64,000 nucleotides of DNA from an uncultured Actinomycetes bacterium (GTDB taxonomy: Bacteria; Actinomycetota; Actinomycetes; S36-B12; UBA10799): contig CAWGCB010000002.1 in the NCBI GenBank assembly GCA_963821045.1, positions 327,596-391,595 of the forward strand. The letters are read 5' to 3'. This document shows, piece after piece, positions 10,632 to 23,891 of the stretch; position 1 is the stretch's first letter; the number at the start of each line of letters is the position of its first letter. The notes under the pieces are model-generated. The model had not been told where the DNA came from. It was given only the letters and a program-made list of their open reading frames with translations, and made no database searches. A program made the position numbers and the translations under genes.

Positions 10632-11389
10632 GTGGATTCGCAGCGAGTAATCGTCCCCGCATCAGGTCGCGCACTACCGAGCGAACGAATGATTGCGCCC
10701 TATCTGGTTTGGGCCCTGATGTGTTTTGTGGGCGCGGGGGTCATCGCTTACGCGGTGACGACGAACTGGGATTCGATGATGGACTCGGATCAAAATATCG
10801 GGCAGTACATGTTCGACATCGCGCGCAACAACGAGGTTGTCGCCAACGCAGCGTGGATCTGGCACACGCTCGGCACGACGAATGTGCTCATGCCAAGAAT
10901 TCTGGTTGTCGGACTCATCCTGTTGGCGACGAAACACTGGGGATTCGCGCTTTACCTGGCCTGCACGTCGCTCGGTGGGGTGCTCATCTCGGAGTTGGCC
11001 AAGCACGCAGTCGAACGGGAGCGTCCTGTTTGGCCGGATCCACTGTTCACCGAGACTGGGTTCTCGTTTCCGTCGGGGCACGCCATGGCCGGCATTTATG
11101 CGTGGGCAGTATTCGGCATCATCGCGGTCTATCTGTTTCGCGGTTGGCCAGGCACCGTCGCCTGTTGGGTCCTCATCGTCTTTGGACTCCTGATGGCACC
11201 GAGTCGGCTGCTGCTCGGCGTTCACTGGACCTCTGATGTGGTGGCAGGGTGGCTCCTCGCTTTGGGGTGGGTACTGATCGTCACATCTGGTGCAATCTTG
11301 CTCTCGAGTCGCCGCCAGAAACGCCGGCTCGAAGCCGATGCACAGGACCGGTCTACCCTGTACTCAACAACGAGTACAAAGGGGCAAGA

Positions 11390-11393
<4 letters not shown>
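10632..11393 (+). CDS. PAP2-family membrane phosphatase
   Basis: K....RERP, SFPSGH, SR..LGVHW.SD motifs; several TM segments. Confidence 0.92.
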
Positions 11394-12938
<1,545 letters not shown>

Positions 12939-12946
12939 GTGAGCAG

Positions 12947-14060
12947 ATGAACACAGTTGAGATCGGCGAAGGCAAGCGCGGGCGCCGCGGCGTATTCCTT
13001 CGATGATGTAGCCGTTGCTCCGAGCCGTCGCACCCGCGATCCAGAAGACGTGTCACTGGCCTGGCAGATCGACGCCTACCAGTTTGCCCACCCGATCGTG
13101 GCAGCTCCGATGGATTCGGTGGTCTCGCCGTCGACGGTCAAACAGTTCGCGGATGCGGGTGGGCTCGCAGTGCTCAACCTTGAGGGGCTGTGGACGCGAT
13201 ACGCCGATCCCTCGGCTCTCTATGACGAGATCGCGGCCATGCCGTTAGACGGACGCGAACGCGCGCCTGCAGGAAATCTACGCTGCTCCCATTGACCCCG
13301 ACCTCGTTCGCCAACGAGTGCAAGAACTCCGCGAGACCGGCGCGACAGTAGCTGCGGCTCTGTCTCCGCACAAGACGCAGGAACTACACGCCACCGTGGT
13401 CGATGCTGGGGTGGACATATTCGTCATCCGCGGCACGACGGTCAGCGCCGAGCATGTTGCTGTCACCGGTGAGCCGCTGAATCTCAAACAGTTCATCCTT
13501 GAGCTCGATGTGCCCGTCATCGTGGGTGGCTGCGCGACCTATCGGACAGCCCTTCATCTCATGAGGGCCGGTGCGGCTGGGGTTCTCGTCGGATTCGGCG
13601 GCGGCGCAGCTCACACAACGCACGACGTCTTCGGTATCAGAGTGCCAATGGCGTCGGCAGTTGCTGACGTTGCCGCGGCTCGACGCGACTACATGGATGA
13701 GTCGGGAGGCCGCTACGTCCACGTGATCGCTGATGGTGCGATGGGCTCGAGTGGCGCGATCGTCAAAGCCATCGCATGTGGAGCGGACGCCGTGCATGGT
13801 CGGCTCGCCACTGGCTCGAGCTGTGGACGCCCCCGGCCGCGGGCGGCATTGGGGTATGGAGGCAGCTCACCATGAACTGCCCCGAGGTGAGGTGGTTGAG
13901 CTCGGAGCCGTTGGGACCTTGAGTGAAGTCCTGCAGCGGGCCATCGCGGGTGAGCGACGGCACCATGAATCTGATCTCGGCGCTACGTCGGGCGATGGCC
14001 ACCTGCGGCTACAGCGACCTCAAAGAGTTCCAACGCGTCGAGGTTATTCTCAACTCGTAG
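12947..14060 (+). CDS. GuaB3-family IMP dehydrogenase-related protein (several frameshifts)
   Basis: YSFDDVAVAPSRRTRDP, RGTTVSAEHV, ALHLMRAGAAGVLVG, DESGGRYVHVIADG. Confidence 0.9.
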
Positions 14061-14148
14061 TCGTGAATGGCCGACGGGCGCACCCCTTGCAGCTTAGTTA
14101 GCGAGCTTGCAGCGAGCACCCCAACCGCAAATCCCCTATGTTTGCGCC

Positions 14149-15294
14149 ATGATGAAGACGAGAGCTACGAAGATTCTGGCTGCCGGGTCCGTGGTGGCGG
14201 CGGTTGTACTAACTGGCTGCAGTACCGACAGTCAGCTAAGTGTGGGTCAGCCAGCTGCGGAGGGGGGTTCCGCCAGTGGTGTTCCAGATCGCTGGCGTGG
14301 AGCCGGACAACGGTCGCGCGCCGCTGATTGACTTCATCAACTCGGCAAACGAAACGATCGATGTCGTGATTTACCAGTTCAATGACGATCAGGTTCAGGC
14401 CGCGCTCCTGGATGCTGCGAAGGCTGGCAAGAAGGTTCGGGTCCTGATGACTTGGCAGACGTACCTGGCCAACAACACGTATACCGACCCAAAGGCCAAG
14501 AACTGACAACAAGAACACACCCACGTTCAATGCACTCACAGAAGGCGGGGTCGAAGTTGCGTGGAGTCGCCCAGAGTTTCCCTATACCCATCAGAAGTCG
14601 GTAGTAGCTGACGCGGGTACCCCCGACGGGCGTGCACTAATTGTCGACTACAACTTCCAGCCGCCGTACTTCGATGACGCGACGAGCCCATACGACCCGA
14701 AACAGAGTGGCACGCGTGGCTTCGGAGTCTATCTCCATCCGATGCAGCTGTGGTGAAGGAGATGACAGCCGTATTCGAGGCTGACTGGCCTCCGGTGTCG
14801 AGGAAGAGACCGGAGTATACCAGAACCCGAACCTCGTGTGGAGTCCGACGGAGCCGCAGTTCCCTGGGGAGCCGGCAGGCAACTCCGGGACGGTGCTTCC
14901 AACGATGATTACGAATGCCAAAAAGACGCTCGATGTCTACATGTATCTGTCTGACCCTAACGATCCCCAACTGAACCAAGTCATCGACGCCGCAAAGCGC
15001 GGCGTGGCCGTTCGTTTCGTGGCGAACTGCGGGGCGATGCAACCAGCCGACCTTCAACGAGTAACGGACGCCGGGATAAAGGTCATGTACCAGCCTTCAC
15101 CCCCAACCATACATGTCATCACACCAAGACATGATGCATGGGAACTGCCTCCTACATCTCGTAACACCCTGGAACATCACTCCCACTCCGGACCCCCTAC
15201 CACATCCCACCCTCCCACTCCTACCCGCCCCCCACCCCTCCCGCCGCCCCCCCCCCCCACCCGCGAATCCCATAGTTCCCAGGGGAATTTTTAA
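14149..15294 (+). CDS. Phospholipase D-family (HKD) lipoprotein; frameshifted, 3' end garbled
   Basis: Lipobox LTGC; 'INSA.ETIDV.IY...AAK.G.KVRV' repeated as 'ITNAKKTLDVYMY...AAKRGVAVR'; HQKSVVAD (HxKxxxxD) near 14588. Confidence 0.7.
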
Positions 15295-15311
15295 CGCGTA
15301 GGCTCGTACCC

Positions 15312-17127
15312 ATGGTTGCTCCAGGTTCTGATGTCTTAGACCGCGCGGCGCGGGCCGGTTCTCTGGCCCGACTCGCCGCTGCTGACGCTGACAATCCGTT
15401 GGATGTGTTAGTAATCGGCGGCGGAGTTGTTGGTTGCGGTAGCGCACTTACGCGGCGTCGCGGGGGCTTTCTGTTGGTCTTGTCGAGAAACACGACCTCG
15501 CTTCCGGAACGTCGTCGCGCTCAAGCCGACTTGCCCACGGTGGACTTCGATACCTGGAGCAGCGCGAGTTCTCGCTCGTCCATGAGGCCCTGACTGAACG
15601 CGGCCTGCTGCTAGATCGACTTGCCCCTCACTTGGTGCAGCCAGTGCCATTTCTGTACCCAGTGCTCGACGCGGCTGGGAGAAGCCCTACGTCGGATTCG
15701 GGATCACCGTCTACGACATGTTGAGCCGTTTCGGCGCCTACGGCGGAACCATGCCTCGGCCTAAGACGCTGTCCAAGAAGGTCGTGAAGGGGATCGCTCC
15801 TGGGATCAACGAGGACGCGCTCGTCGGCGCTGTCAAGTTTTACGACGCTCAGATTGATGATGCGCGCCACACAGTTGCCGTGGCCCGAACGGCTGCCGCG
15901 CATGGTGCTGCGATCGCTACCCGCGCGACTGTGCTCGGCCTATTGCGCGAGGACGGTCGGGTCGTAGGAGCGCTCATTCGTGACGAACTCACTGGGCGCG
16001 AGTTTGAGTGCCGAGCTCGAGTCGTGATTGGCGCGGCAGGCGTGTGGACCGACCAGTTACTCGAGATGGCGGGTGCTCAGACTGGCGGCGCAGTTCGTCA
16101 AAGTAAGGGTATTCATTTGGTCGTGAGGCGCGAGGTATTCCCATCGACTAGTGCGCTGATAGCGCGCACACCGACCAGCGTGCTGTTCCTGATTCCGTGG
16201 GGCCAGTACTGGCTGATCGGTACGACGGACACTGACTACGACGGGAATCGCGAGGAGCCGCAGATCGATCAAGCGGATGTGGATTACCTACTAGGCGAGG
16301 CCAACAAATGGTTGGCAACGGCGATCACCGTCGATGATGTCATCGGTATCTACTCGGGATTGCGTCCGCTCCTACAGTCGGGCGGCGAAGAGGACGGGAC
16401 TTCGACGCTCTCGCGCGAACACGCTGTCCTACGCCCGGCGCCAGGTTTGGTGCTGATCGCGGGCGGAAAGTACACGACATATCGAGTCATGGCACAAGAC
16501 GCCGTGGATGCTGCGGTGGTAGCACGCTCCGAGGTCTTCGCCGACCCAGTTCCCGAAAGCACCACGGACCGCCTCCCACTAGTTGGTGCCGGGGGATATG
16601 CCGCGGCCTGGGCGTCGAGAGAACGCACAGCTCGCGAGAGTTCCTTGCCGCTGGCGACGGTGGAGCACCTGCTGCGCCGTCACGGCGACCGGGTGACTAC
16701 CGTCCTGGACCTCGTTGCCAACGACCCTTCGCTGGCTGAGCCCATGCACCCGCAGGCTCCGTACCTGATGGCCGAAGCGGTGCTAGCAGTCACTCGCGAA
16801 GGTGCCATGGGACTCGACGATGTTTTGGTTCGCCGGACCCGCCTGGCGCTTGAGACTAGAGACGGGGGTGTGGACGTCGCCCGGTCCGTGGCCGAGGTCA
16901 TCGCACCGTACGCAAACTGGACTCAAGATGAGGTAGACGCGCAGGTACTAGCCGTTGTTGGTCGCCGGGATGCCCTGCAACCCGTTCCTGGCGGCGAGGC
17001 CAGTCAGCAAGCTGTCGTCAACACAGTTGACCTGCAAACTCCGGCGCAGGAGGTCGAACAGTCTCTTCAAGAGGCGGACGATTCTGACCTTGGGGTTTCG
17101 ATGGAGGGCCGCGAGACCATAGGCTGA
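15312..17127 (+). CDS. glpD: FAD-dependent glycerol-3-phosphate dehydrogenase (N-terminal frameshifts)
   Basis: DVLVIGGG..G, DDAR, KG.HLV, GTTD, GLRPL, GGKYTTYR.MA. Confidence 0.9.
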
Positions 17128-17132
17128 GGCCT

Positions 17133-18734
17133 ATGACGGCACTCGTTGAGGAAACCGGCCAAAACAATCGCAAGCTCGAGGACATCTCGGCCTACTTGGC
17201 ACCGGATCGGCTCGCCACGCTGCTACGCCATCTGTGCGTTGACAACGATGCCGAACTCGCGCCGGTCATCGCACCCTTTACCGGCCGCACAATCGCTGAA
17301 ATCCCAATGGCGAGCGAGGCAGCGGTCGACACCGCCTTCGCGATTGCGCGAAACGCACAGCGACGGTGGGCGCTTACGTCAGTTGCCCAGCGATCGCGAA
17401 TCATGTTGCGCTTCCACGACCTTGTGCTTGACCGCCGTCAGGAAGGTCTCGATATCGTCCAACTCGAGACTGGGAAGTCGCGTAACCACGCCGTAGAGGA
17501 ACTGCTCGATGTGGCGATTACTGCCAGGCATTACGCACGAGTAGCCGCGGGTTTACTCAAGCCGCGACGACAGGCGGGCGCGTTCCCAGTGCTCACCTCG
17601 GCGGTTGAACTACGCCATCCAAAGGGCGTCGTCGGAGCAATCTCTCCCTGGAACTACCCCCTCACGCTGGCTGTCGGAGACGCCATACCGGCTTTGTTGG
17701 CAGGCAACGCAGTTGTCCTCAAACCAGACCTGCAGACGACGCTGACGGCTCTGTGGGCAGTTGACTTACTCTACGAAGCTGGACTACCTGAGGGGTTGCT
17801 CGGAGTGGTCGCCGGAGAGGGCCCAGTCGTCGGACCGATGATCACTGAGCGCGGCGATTACATCATGTTCACCGGATCGACTGCCGTCGGACGTCAAGTT
17901 GCCGCCCGCTGTGGTGAGCGCCTCGTCGGTTGCTCGATGGAGCTTGGCGGTAAGAACGCCATGATTATCTGCGATGACGCGAATATCAAGAAAGCCGCCG
18001 AGATCGCCGAGCGAGCAAGTTTCGCTAACTCCGGTCAGCTGTGTATCTCGATGGAGCGCATCTACGTGCACAAGAGCGTGCTTGATGAGTTCGTCGCAGC
18101 GCTAAGTGGGCGCTTGGAGAAGGTCCGACTCAACGCCGAGGTGGGTTGGGACTCCGACATGGGATCGCTGATCAGTCGCAAACAACTCGACACTGTGAAC
18201 AAGCACGTCGATGACGCGGTGGCAAAGGGCGCGACGGTGCTTTCTGGAGGCAAGCCCAGACCGGACATCGGACCGTTCTACTTCGAACCCACAGTGCTGA
18301 CAGATGTCTCGTCGGACATGATCTGCTTTGGCGAAGAGACCTTTGGTCCGGTGGTGAGCATCTACCCATTCGACACGGAGGCAGAGGCCATCGCGTTGGC
18401 GAACGAGACTCGCTACGGGCTCAACGCATCCGTCGTAACGCGGGACGAGATCCGTGGTCGCGAGATTGCCTCGAAGCTCCACGCCGGTACGGTTAACGTC
18501 AACGAAGGCTACGCGACCGCATGGTCGGCGCATGGTTCGCCGATGGGCGGAATGGGCGATTCGGGGTTGGGTCGGCGCCACGGCACTGAGGGAATCCTCA
18601 AGTACACCGAGGCGCAAACGATCGGAACGCAGCGGTTGATGGGCTGGGGAACACCGCCGTTCCTAACCCACAAACAGTGGGCCGATTCGTTGGTGTTGTT
18701 CGTTCGAGGTATGAAGGCGATCGGGCGCAAGTAG
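17133..18734 (+). CDS. Aldehyde dehydrogenase (succinic semialdehyde dehydrogenase-like)
   Basis: SPWNYP, FTGST, MELGGKN, SGQLC, EETFGP. Confidence 0.9.
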   Translation: MTALVEETGQNNRKLEDISAYLAPDRLATLLRHLCVDNDAELAPVIAPFTGRTIAEIPMASEAAVDTAFAIARNAQRRWALTSVAQRSRIMLRFHDLVLDRRQEGLDIVQLETGKSRNHAVEELLDVAITARHYARVAAGLLKPRRQAGAFPVLTSAVELRHPKGVVGAISPWNYPLTLAVGDAIPALLAGNAVVLKPDLQTTLTALWAVDLLYEAGLPEGLLGVVAGEGPVVGPMITERGDYIMFTGSTAVGRQVAARCGERLVGCSMELGGKNAMIICDDANIKKAAEIAERASFANSGQLCISMERIYVHKSVLDEFVAALSGRLEKVRLNAEVGWDSDMGSLISRKQLDTVNKHVDDAVAKGATVLSGGKPRPDIGPFYFEPTVLTDVSSDMICFGEETFGPVVSIYPFDTEAEAIALANETRYGLNASVVTRDEIRGREIASKLHAGTVNVNEGYATAWSAHGSPMGGMGDSGLGRRHGTEGILKYTEAQTIGTQRLMGWGTPPFLTHKQWADSLVLFVRGMKAIGRK

Positions 18735-18791
18735 AGTCGAACAACAATTGAAGCTCAGCACCACAGATCGCGAAGCGAACAGGAGTCCCAA

Positions 18792-20537
18792 ATGAGTGAC
18801 TATGACGTACTGATTGTTGGGTCGGGGTTTGGCGGCTCGGTGTCGGCTCTTCGGCTAACCGAGAAGGGCTACCGCGTCGCCGTTATCGAGGCGGGTCGCC
18901 GCTACGAAGATGCCGACTTCGCTAAGACATCCTGGCGGCTGCGCAAGTTCCTGTTCGCACCAAAACTAGGTCTAGATGGCATCCAACGCATCCACTTCCT
19001 GCGTGATGTCATCGTCCTCGCGGGCGCCGGAGTAGGCGGCGGCTCTCTCGTGTACGCCAACACCCTCTACGTTCCGCCGGAACCGTTCTTCAAGGACCGT
19101 CAGTGGGCCGGGATCACGGACTGGCGTTCGGAACTGATGCCGTACTACGAGCAAGCCAAGCGGATGCTCGGCGTCGTTCAGAATCCGACGATGACCCCGG
19201 CCGATGTAGCAATGAAGCAGGTCGCGGACGAGATGGGCGTCGGCGAGACGTTTCAAATGACACCGGTCGGTGTCTACTTTGGGTCGAAACCGGGTGCGAG
19301 CGCACCGGATCCGTTCTTCGGTGGAGTTGGCCCTGAGCGCAGCGGTTGTATCGAATGCGGTGAGTGCATGACTGGTTGCCGCCACAATGCCAAGAACACG
19401 TTGGTGAAGAACTACTTGGGTCTCGCGGAACAGGCTGGTGCCGAAGTCATCGCGCGAACCACGGTCCGCGGTTTGCGTCAGGTTGACGGCGGATGGGCCG
19501 TCGACGTTGAGAACTCATCAAGCTGGCTCGGAGCCGGTCGTCGAACGCTCACGGCTGACAACGTAATCATGGCCGCCGGTACTTACAACACACAGAAGCT
19601 TCTGCACAGGATGAAGGACACTGGACACTTGCCGCACTTGTCCGACCGTCTCGGGCGCCTATCACGGACGAACTCGGAGTCCCTCCTCGGTGCGATCGCC
19701 GACAAAGCGCCCAAACAGGTCCCTGGCAGCGATCTTCCGGGTGACTTCACCCGTGGCGTTGCGATCACCTCAAGCTTCTTCCCGGAGCCGCATACCCACG
19801 TTGAGCCGGTTCGCTACGGCAAGGGGTCCAACGCGATGGGATTGCTCGGGACCATCCTGACCGATGAACAGCCAGGCGTACCTCGGTGGAAGACCTGGGC
19901 CAAGCAAATGGCCGATGATCCGAAGGGAGCCATCAAGGCTCTCCAGGTTGCGGGTTGGTCCCAGCGGGCCGTCATCGCGCTCGTCATGCAGACGCTGGAC
20001 AACTCTGTCACGGTGTCTGGGGCAAAGGGATTGCTCGGGCGCTTCAAGCTCACGAGTCGCCAAGGCGAAGGTGACCCGAACCCAAGTTGGATCCCTGCAG
20101 CGAATCGGGCTGTCAGAGTGCTTGCCCGCAAGATCAACGGATTCCCGATGGGCAACATGGGTGAGGTAATCGGGGCGCCGATGACTGCGCACTTCGTTGG
20201 CGGATGCGCGATCGGTGAGAACGCTGAAAAGGGCGTGATTGACGCCTACCATCGCGCGTATGGCAATCCGGGGCTGCACATTGTTGACGGCTCGGCAGTC
20301 TCGGCGAACCTGGGAGTTAACCCGTCACTGACGATCACCGCACAGGCCGAACGAGCTATGGCGCTGTGGCCAAATAAGGGCCAAGTTGACCTGCGTCCCG
20401 CACTTGGCGAGCCGTACGTTCCGGTCGCTGTCACCGAACCGGTAGCGCCGGTCGTTCCAGCGTCAGCCCCAGCCGCCTTGAGGTTACCGATCATTGAGGT
20501 TAGGCAAAGCTCGCAGAACGCCACGCAAGTGCGCTAG
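18792..20537 (+). CDS. choD: GMC oxidoreductase, ChoD-type cholesterol oxidase
   Basis: VGSGFGGSV, GVGGGSLVYAN, C..CG.CMTGCR, NLGVNPSLTI; near guaB3 as in Mycobacterium. Confidence 0.85.
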   Translation: MSDYDVLIVGSGFGGSVSALRLTEKGYRVAVIEAGRRYEDADFAKTSWRLRKFLFAPKLGLDGIQRIHFLRDVIVLAGAGVGGGSLVYANTLYVPPEPFFKDRQWAGITDWRSELMPYYEQAKRMLGVVQNPTMTPADVAMKQVADEMGVGETFQMTPVGVYFGSKPGASAPDPFFGGVGPERSGCIECGECMTGCRHNAKNTLVKNYLGLAEQAGAEVIARTTVRGLRQVDGGWAVDVENSSSWLGAGRRTLTADNVIMAAGTYNTQKLLHRMKDTGHLPHLSDRLGRLSRTNSESLLGAIADKAPKQVPGSDLPGDFTRGVAITSSFFPEPHTHVEPVRYGKGSNAMGLLGTILTDEQPGVPRWKTWAKQMADDPKGAIKALQVAGWSQRAVIALVMQTLDNSVTVSGAKGLLGRFKLTSRQGEGDPNPSWIPAANRAVRVLARKINGFPMGNMGEVIGAPMTAHFVGGCAIGENAEKGVIDAYHRAYGNPGLHIVDGSAVSANLGVNPSLTITAQAERAMALWPNKGQVDLRPALGEPYVPVAVTEPVAPVVPASAPAALRLPIIEVRQSSQNATQVR

Positions 20538-20577
20538 CGTTCCGTTACGCCGGGATACTTACCGAAAGGGTCTAATC

Positions 20578-20982
20578 GTGTCTATTCCAAATCCGCCGTC
20601 TGACGGCAACAATGGCTCAGTTCCACCGCCACCGCCGCCTCCGCCGCCGCCGCCAGGTGGTGGCTACCCACCGCCCCCGCCTCCCGGTTACCCGGCACCT
20701 GGCGGTACTGGTGCGCAACGCTCCAATAACCCGTTGGCAATCGCCTCACTAGTCGTTTCGCTGGTCGGTTTGATCTGTTGTGGTCTGGGATTCATTCCTG
20801 GCATCGTCGGCATTGTGCTCGGTGTCATCGCCAACAAGCAGATCGCCGAGACTGGTCAAAGCGGTGCGGGAATGGCCAAGGCCGGCATCATCATTGGTGC
20901 CGTAGTCGTGGTGCTGTCGATTATCTGGCTGATCGTCGGATTTGCTTCAGGGAGCAACAACTTCTACTACAACGTCGGCTAG
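20578..20982 (+). CDS. DUF4190-type membrane protein with polyproline N-terminus
   Basis: Poly-Pro tract then N.LAIASLV.S, G.GMAKAGIIIG. Confidence 0.8.
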   Translation: MSIPNPPSDGNNGSVPPPPPPPPPPPGGGYPPPPPPGYPAPGGTGAQRSNNPLAIASLVVSLVGLICCGLGFIPGIVGIVLGVIANKQIAETGQSGAGMAKAGIIIGAVVVVLSIIWLIVGFASGSNNFYYNVG

Positions 20983-21055
20983 CAGACGCTCTATTCGTCA
21001 GCGGTCCTGGTGATGCCAGGGCCGCTGACGTATGTCTGGGCATTAGGGTTTGCCC

Positions 21056-22625
21056 ATGACCCAGGAGCAGAAGGTTCTCGTCATCGACTTTGGCGCTCAG
21101 TATGCGCAACTGATTGCCCGTCGGGTGAGGGAAGCGAACGTGTACTCAGAGGTGGTTTCCCACACCGAGAGTGTCGCGGAGTTGATGGCCCGCGAACCGT
21201 CCGCGATCGTGCTCTCAGGCGGACCGGCGAGCGTGTATGCACCGCAGGCGCCGCAGGTCGATCCCGCACTTTTTGAGCAGGGCATTCCCATCATGGGTAT
21301 CTGCTACGGATTCCAAGCGATGGCGGCCGCACTCGGCGGCAATGTCGCCCACACCGGGGGCAGCGAGTACGGACGTACTCCGCTCACTGTGGGTCGAACC
21401 GAGTCTGTTCTCTTGGCGCACCAGCCGCCCGAGTCATCGGTGTGGATGTCGCACGGAGACGCTGTCGATGAGGCTCCCGATGGGTTCCTCGTCACGGCCT
21501 CGACCCCCGGTGCGCCGGTAGCGGCCTTCGAAGATAGTGACCGGAGGTTTGCCGGAGTTCAGTTCCATCCGGAGGTGATCCACACCGAGAGCGGACAGAT
21601 GCTGCTGCGGCAGTTCCTTCACGAGATCGCCGGCCTAGGCAGCGACTGGACGATGGACTCGCTGATCGCGGATCAAGTCGCGGCGATTCGTGAACAGGTC
21701 GGTTCAGGTCGAGTTATCTGCGGACTATCAGGCGGAGTTGACTCTGCGGTCGCCGCTGCGCTCGTGCACGAAGCAGTCGGCGATCAACTGACTTGCGTAT
21801 TCGTGGACCACGGATTACTGCGCGAGGGTGAGGCCGAGCAGGTGGAACGCGACTATGTGGCGGCCACAGGTGTGAAGTTAGTCGTTGTTGACGCTCGCGA
21901 GAGATTCCTTGAGCGCATTAGCCGGGGTGAGTGATCCGGAGACCAAGCGAAAGATCATTGGGCGGGAGTTCATCCGGGTATTCGAGCAGGCAGCTCGCGA
22001 GGTAGTTATCGAAGCAGGTGAGCACGGCGAGGAGGTCGAGTTCCTCGTGCAGGGCACGCTCTACCCAGACGTCGTGGAGTCCGGAGGTGGATCCGGCACA
22101 GCAAACATCAAGAGTCACCACAATGTTGGGGGACTGCCCGATGATTTGGCCTTCACGCTCGTTGAACCGCTACGACTGCTGTTCAAAGACGAAGTGCGCG
22201 AGGTTGGACTGCAACTCGGTCTGCCACCTGAGATTGTCTGGCGTCACCCGTTCCCCGGGCCCGGGCTGGCCATTCGGATCGTTGGAGCTGTCGATGCTCA
22301 GCGACTAGAGATCCTTCGGGCGGCAGACGCGATTGCTCGCGAGGAGTTGACTGCCGCGGGCCTCGACCGAGACGTGTGGCAGTTCCCAGTGGTCCTACTC
22401 GCCGACGTACGAAGTGTCGGCGTCCAGGGTGACGGTCGTACCTACGGACACCCGATCGTCTTGCGGCCAGTGTCTAGCGAGGACGCGATGACAGCAGACT
22501 GGACACGGCTGCCATACGAGGTGGTCGCCCGAATCTCGACACGGATTACCAACGAGGTGCCGGCGATCAATCGCGTGACGCTCGATGTCACGAGCAAGCC
22601 GCCGGGCACTATCGAGTGGGAGTAG
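21056..22625 (+). CDS. guaA: GMP synthase, glutamine-hydrolysing (frameshift near 21910)
   Basis: [45 protein letters not shown]. Confidence 0.97.
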
Positions 22626-22631
22626 GCCCGC

Positions 22632-22994
22632 CTACCAGAAGACGGCGACGACGACGTTCAGAATTGACAGGCCACCGATCAGACCCCATACAGCGTTTGT
22701 GATCTGGTCCTTCTTCCGATTAGCCAGGATCAATCCAAGGATGATGAGCAGAACGACGAGCTTGACGCCGATTTTGGCGTTGTCCGGCTTTGACCATTCC
22801 GCCGGATCGCTGGAGTTCAACGGATAACGCAGGCCGACGAGCAAGATGCCCGTGACAAGTTGGGTCAGCGCACCATGCAACATCGCATTGTTAATGACGC
22901 GCGGCGAACTCTTGATCTGAACGAGAAAGCCGCCGATGAGCGACGCTAGGCCGATGAAGTGCAGGACAACGAGCACGTTGTAGATGAATGCCAT
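22632..22994 (-). CDS. Small 4-TM membrane protein
   Basis: Hydrophobic helices with LHFIG, QLVTG, KIGVKL motifs common in actinobacterial hypothetical proteins. Confidence 0.75.
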   Translation of the reverse strand: MAFIYNVLVVLHFIGLASLIGGFLVQIKSSPRVINNAMLHGALTQLVTGILLVGLRYPLNSSDPAEWSKPDNAKIGVKLVVLLIILGLILANRKKDQITNAVWGLIGGLSILNVVVAVFW

Positions 22995-23009
22995 GGCGAC
23001 ATCCTTACA

Positions 23010-23741
23010 TTAGGCGGTATTGGCCACCATGAAGCCCTCAGCGAGATGTCCCTGAGGTAGGCCGCCAGCCTGCGCCATCGCTTGCCCCCAGGCACGCAGC
23101 CGCTCGACTAAGTCGTCGAGGTGAGCAGTCTGCGACTCGTGTGCGGTCAGTGCAGCAATCTTCTTCTCAAAATGCTCTGTGATGTCCACGAAGTGATTGG
23201 GTTTGTCCGATCCCATCACCCAAACCTCCGGCACGGCCCACTCTTGCAGGCCCTCGTCGGCAAGTAGCGTCGGGTGAGCAAACGGATTGCGGGCGTCGGG
23301 GTACACGGCCTGGATCGCCGCCTCGCCAGCGGCCATGTGGTCGGGATGGGAGGCGTAGATGCGATTCCAGTTGCGTTCGGGGGATTGCATGATGACCAAC
23401 TGTGGGCGCACTGAGCGGATCACTCGACTAATGTCGCGGCGCAGGTCATGGGTCACAGTAAGTTCGCCGTCCTTGTAGCCCAGAAAACGAACGTCCGATA
23501 CGCCGCAGCAGGCGGCAGCGGCCACCTGCTCGGCGCGCCTGATTCCAGGAATCTCACTGCGCGGAACATCAGGATCGAACCCGCCAGCGTCCCCGTCAGT
23601 CACAATGCAGTATGTGACCGCCACCCCGTCGGCACAAAACTGCGAGACCGTGCCGCCGGCGCCAAAATCTACGTCGTCAGGATGTGCCGTCACAACGAGC
23701 ACGCGCTCGATTCGTTCACTCGACTGATCTTCAGATCTCAC
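23010..23741 (-). CDS. PIG-L/LmbE-family deacetylase
   Basis: AHPDD and HPDH motifs; K..AL.AH.SQ. Confidence 0.92.
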   Translation of the reverse strand: MRSEDQSSERIERVLVVTAHPDDVDFGAGGTVSQFCADGVAVTYCIVTDGDAGGFDPDVPRSEIPGIRRAEQVAAAACCGVSDVRFLGYKDGELTVTHDLRRDISRVIRSVRPQLVIMQSPERNWNRIYASHPDHMAAGEAAIQAVYPDARNPFAHPTLLADEGLQEWAVPEVWVMGSDKPNHFVDITEHFEKKIAALTAHESQTAHLDDLVERLRAWGQAMAQAGGLPQGHLAEGFMVANTA

Positions 23742-23891
23742 AGGTGTTGGGTCCCTTCGCGAGTTTGCCTAAGGTGCCAATCGTAGGCGCAGGCTGTGCT
23801 CAACCGTGGGCTAGCCGTCCAACTGGCAGCCGGGACGGAAATGCCGGATGTTCTGTACACGCGGTTGGACGCGGCGAACTACTATCGACTG

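Noticed and set aside
15095-15295. C-rich/poly-C tract (possible G-quadruplex on the minus strand, or a Pro-rich domain)
   Set aside because: Abrupt G-depleted sequence replaces the expected second HKD region inside the most error-dense zone; most likely a basecalling/assembly artefact.
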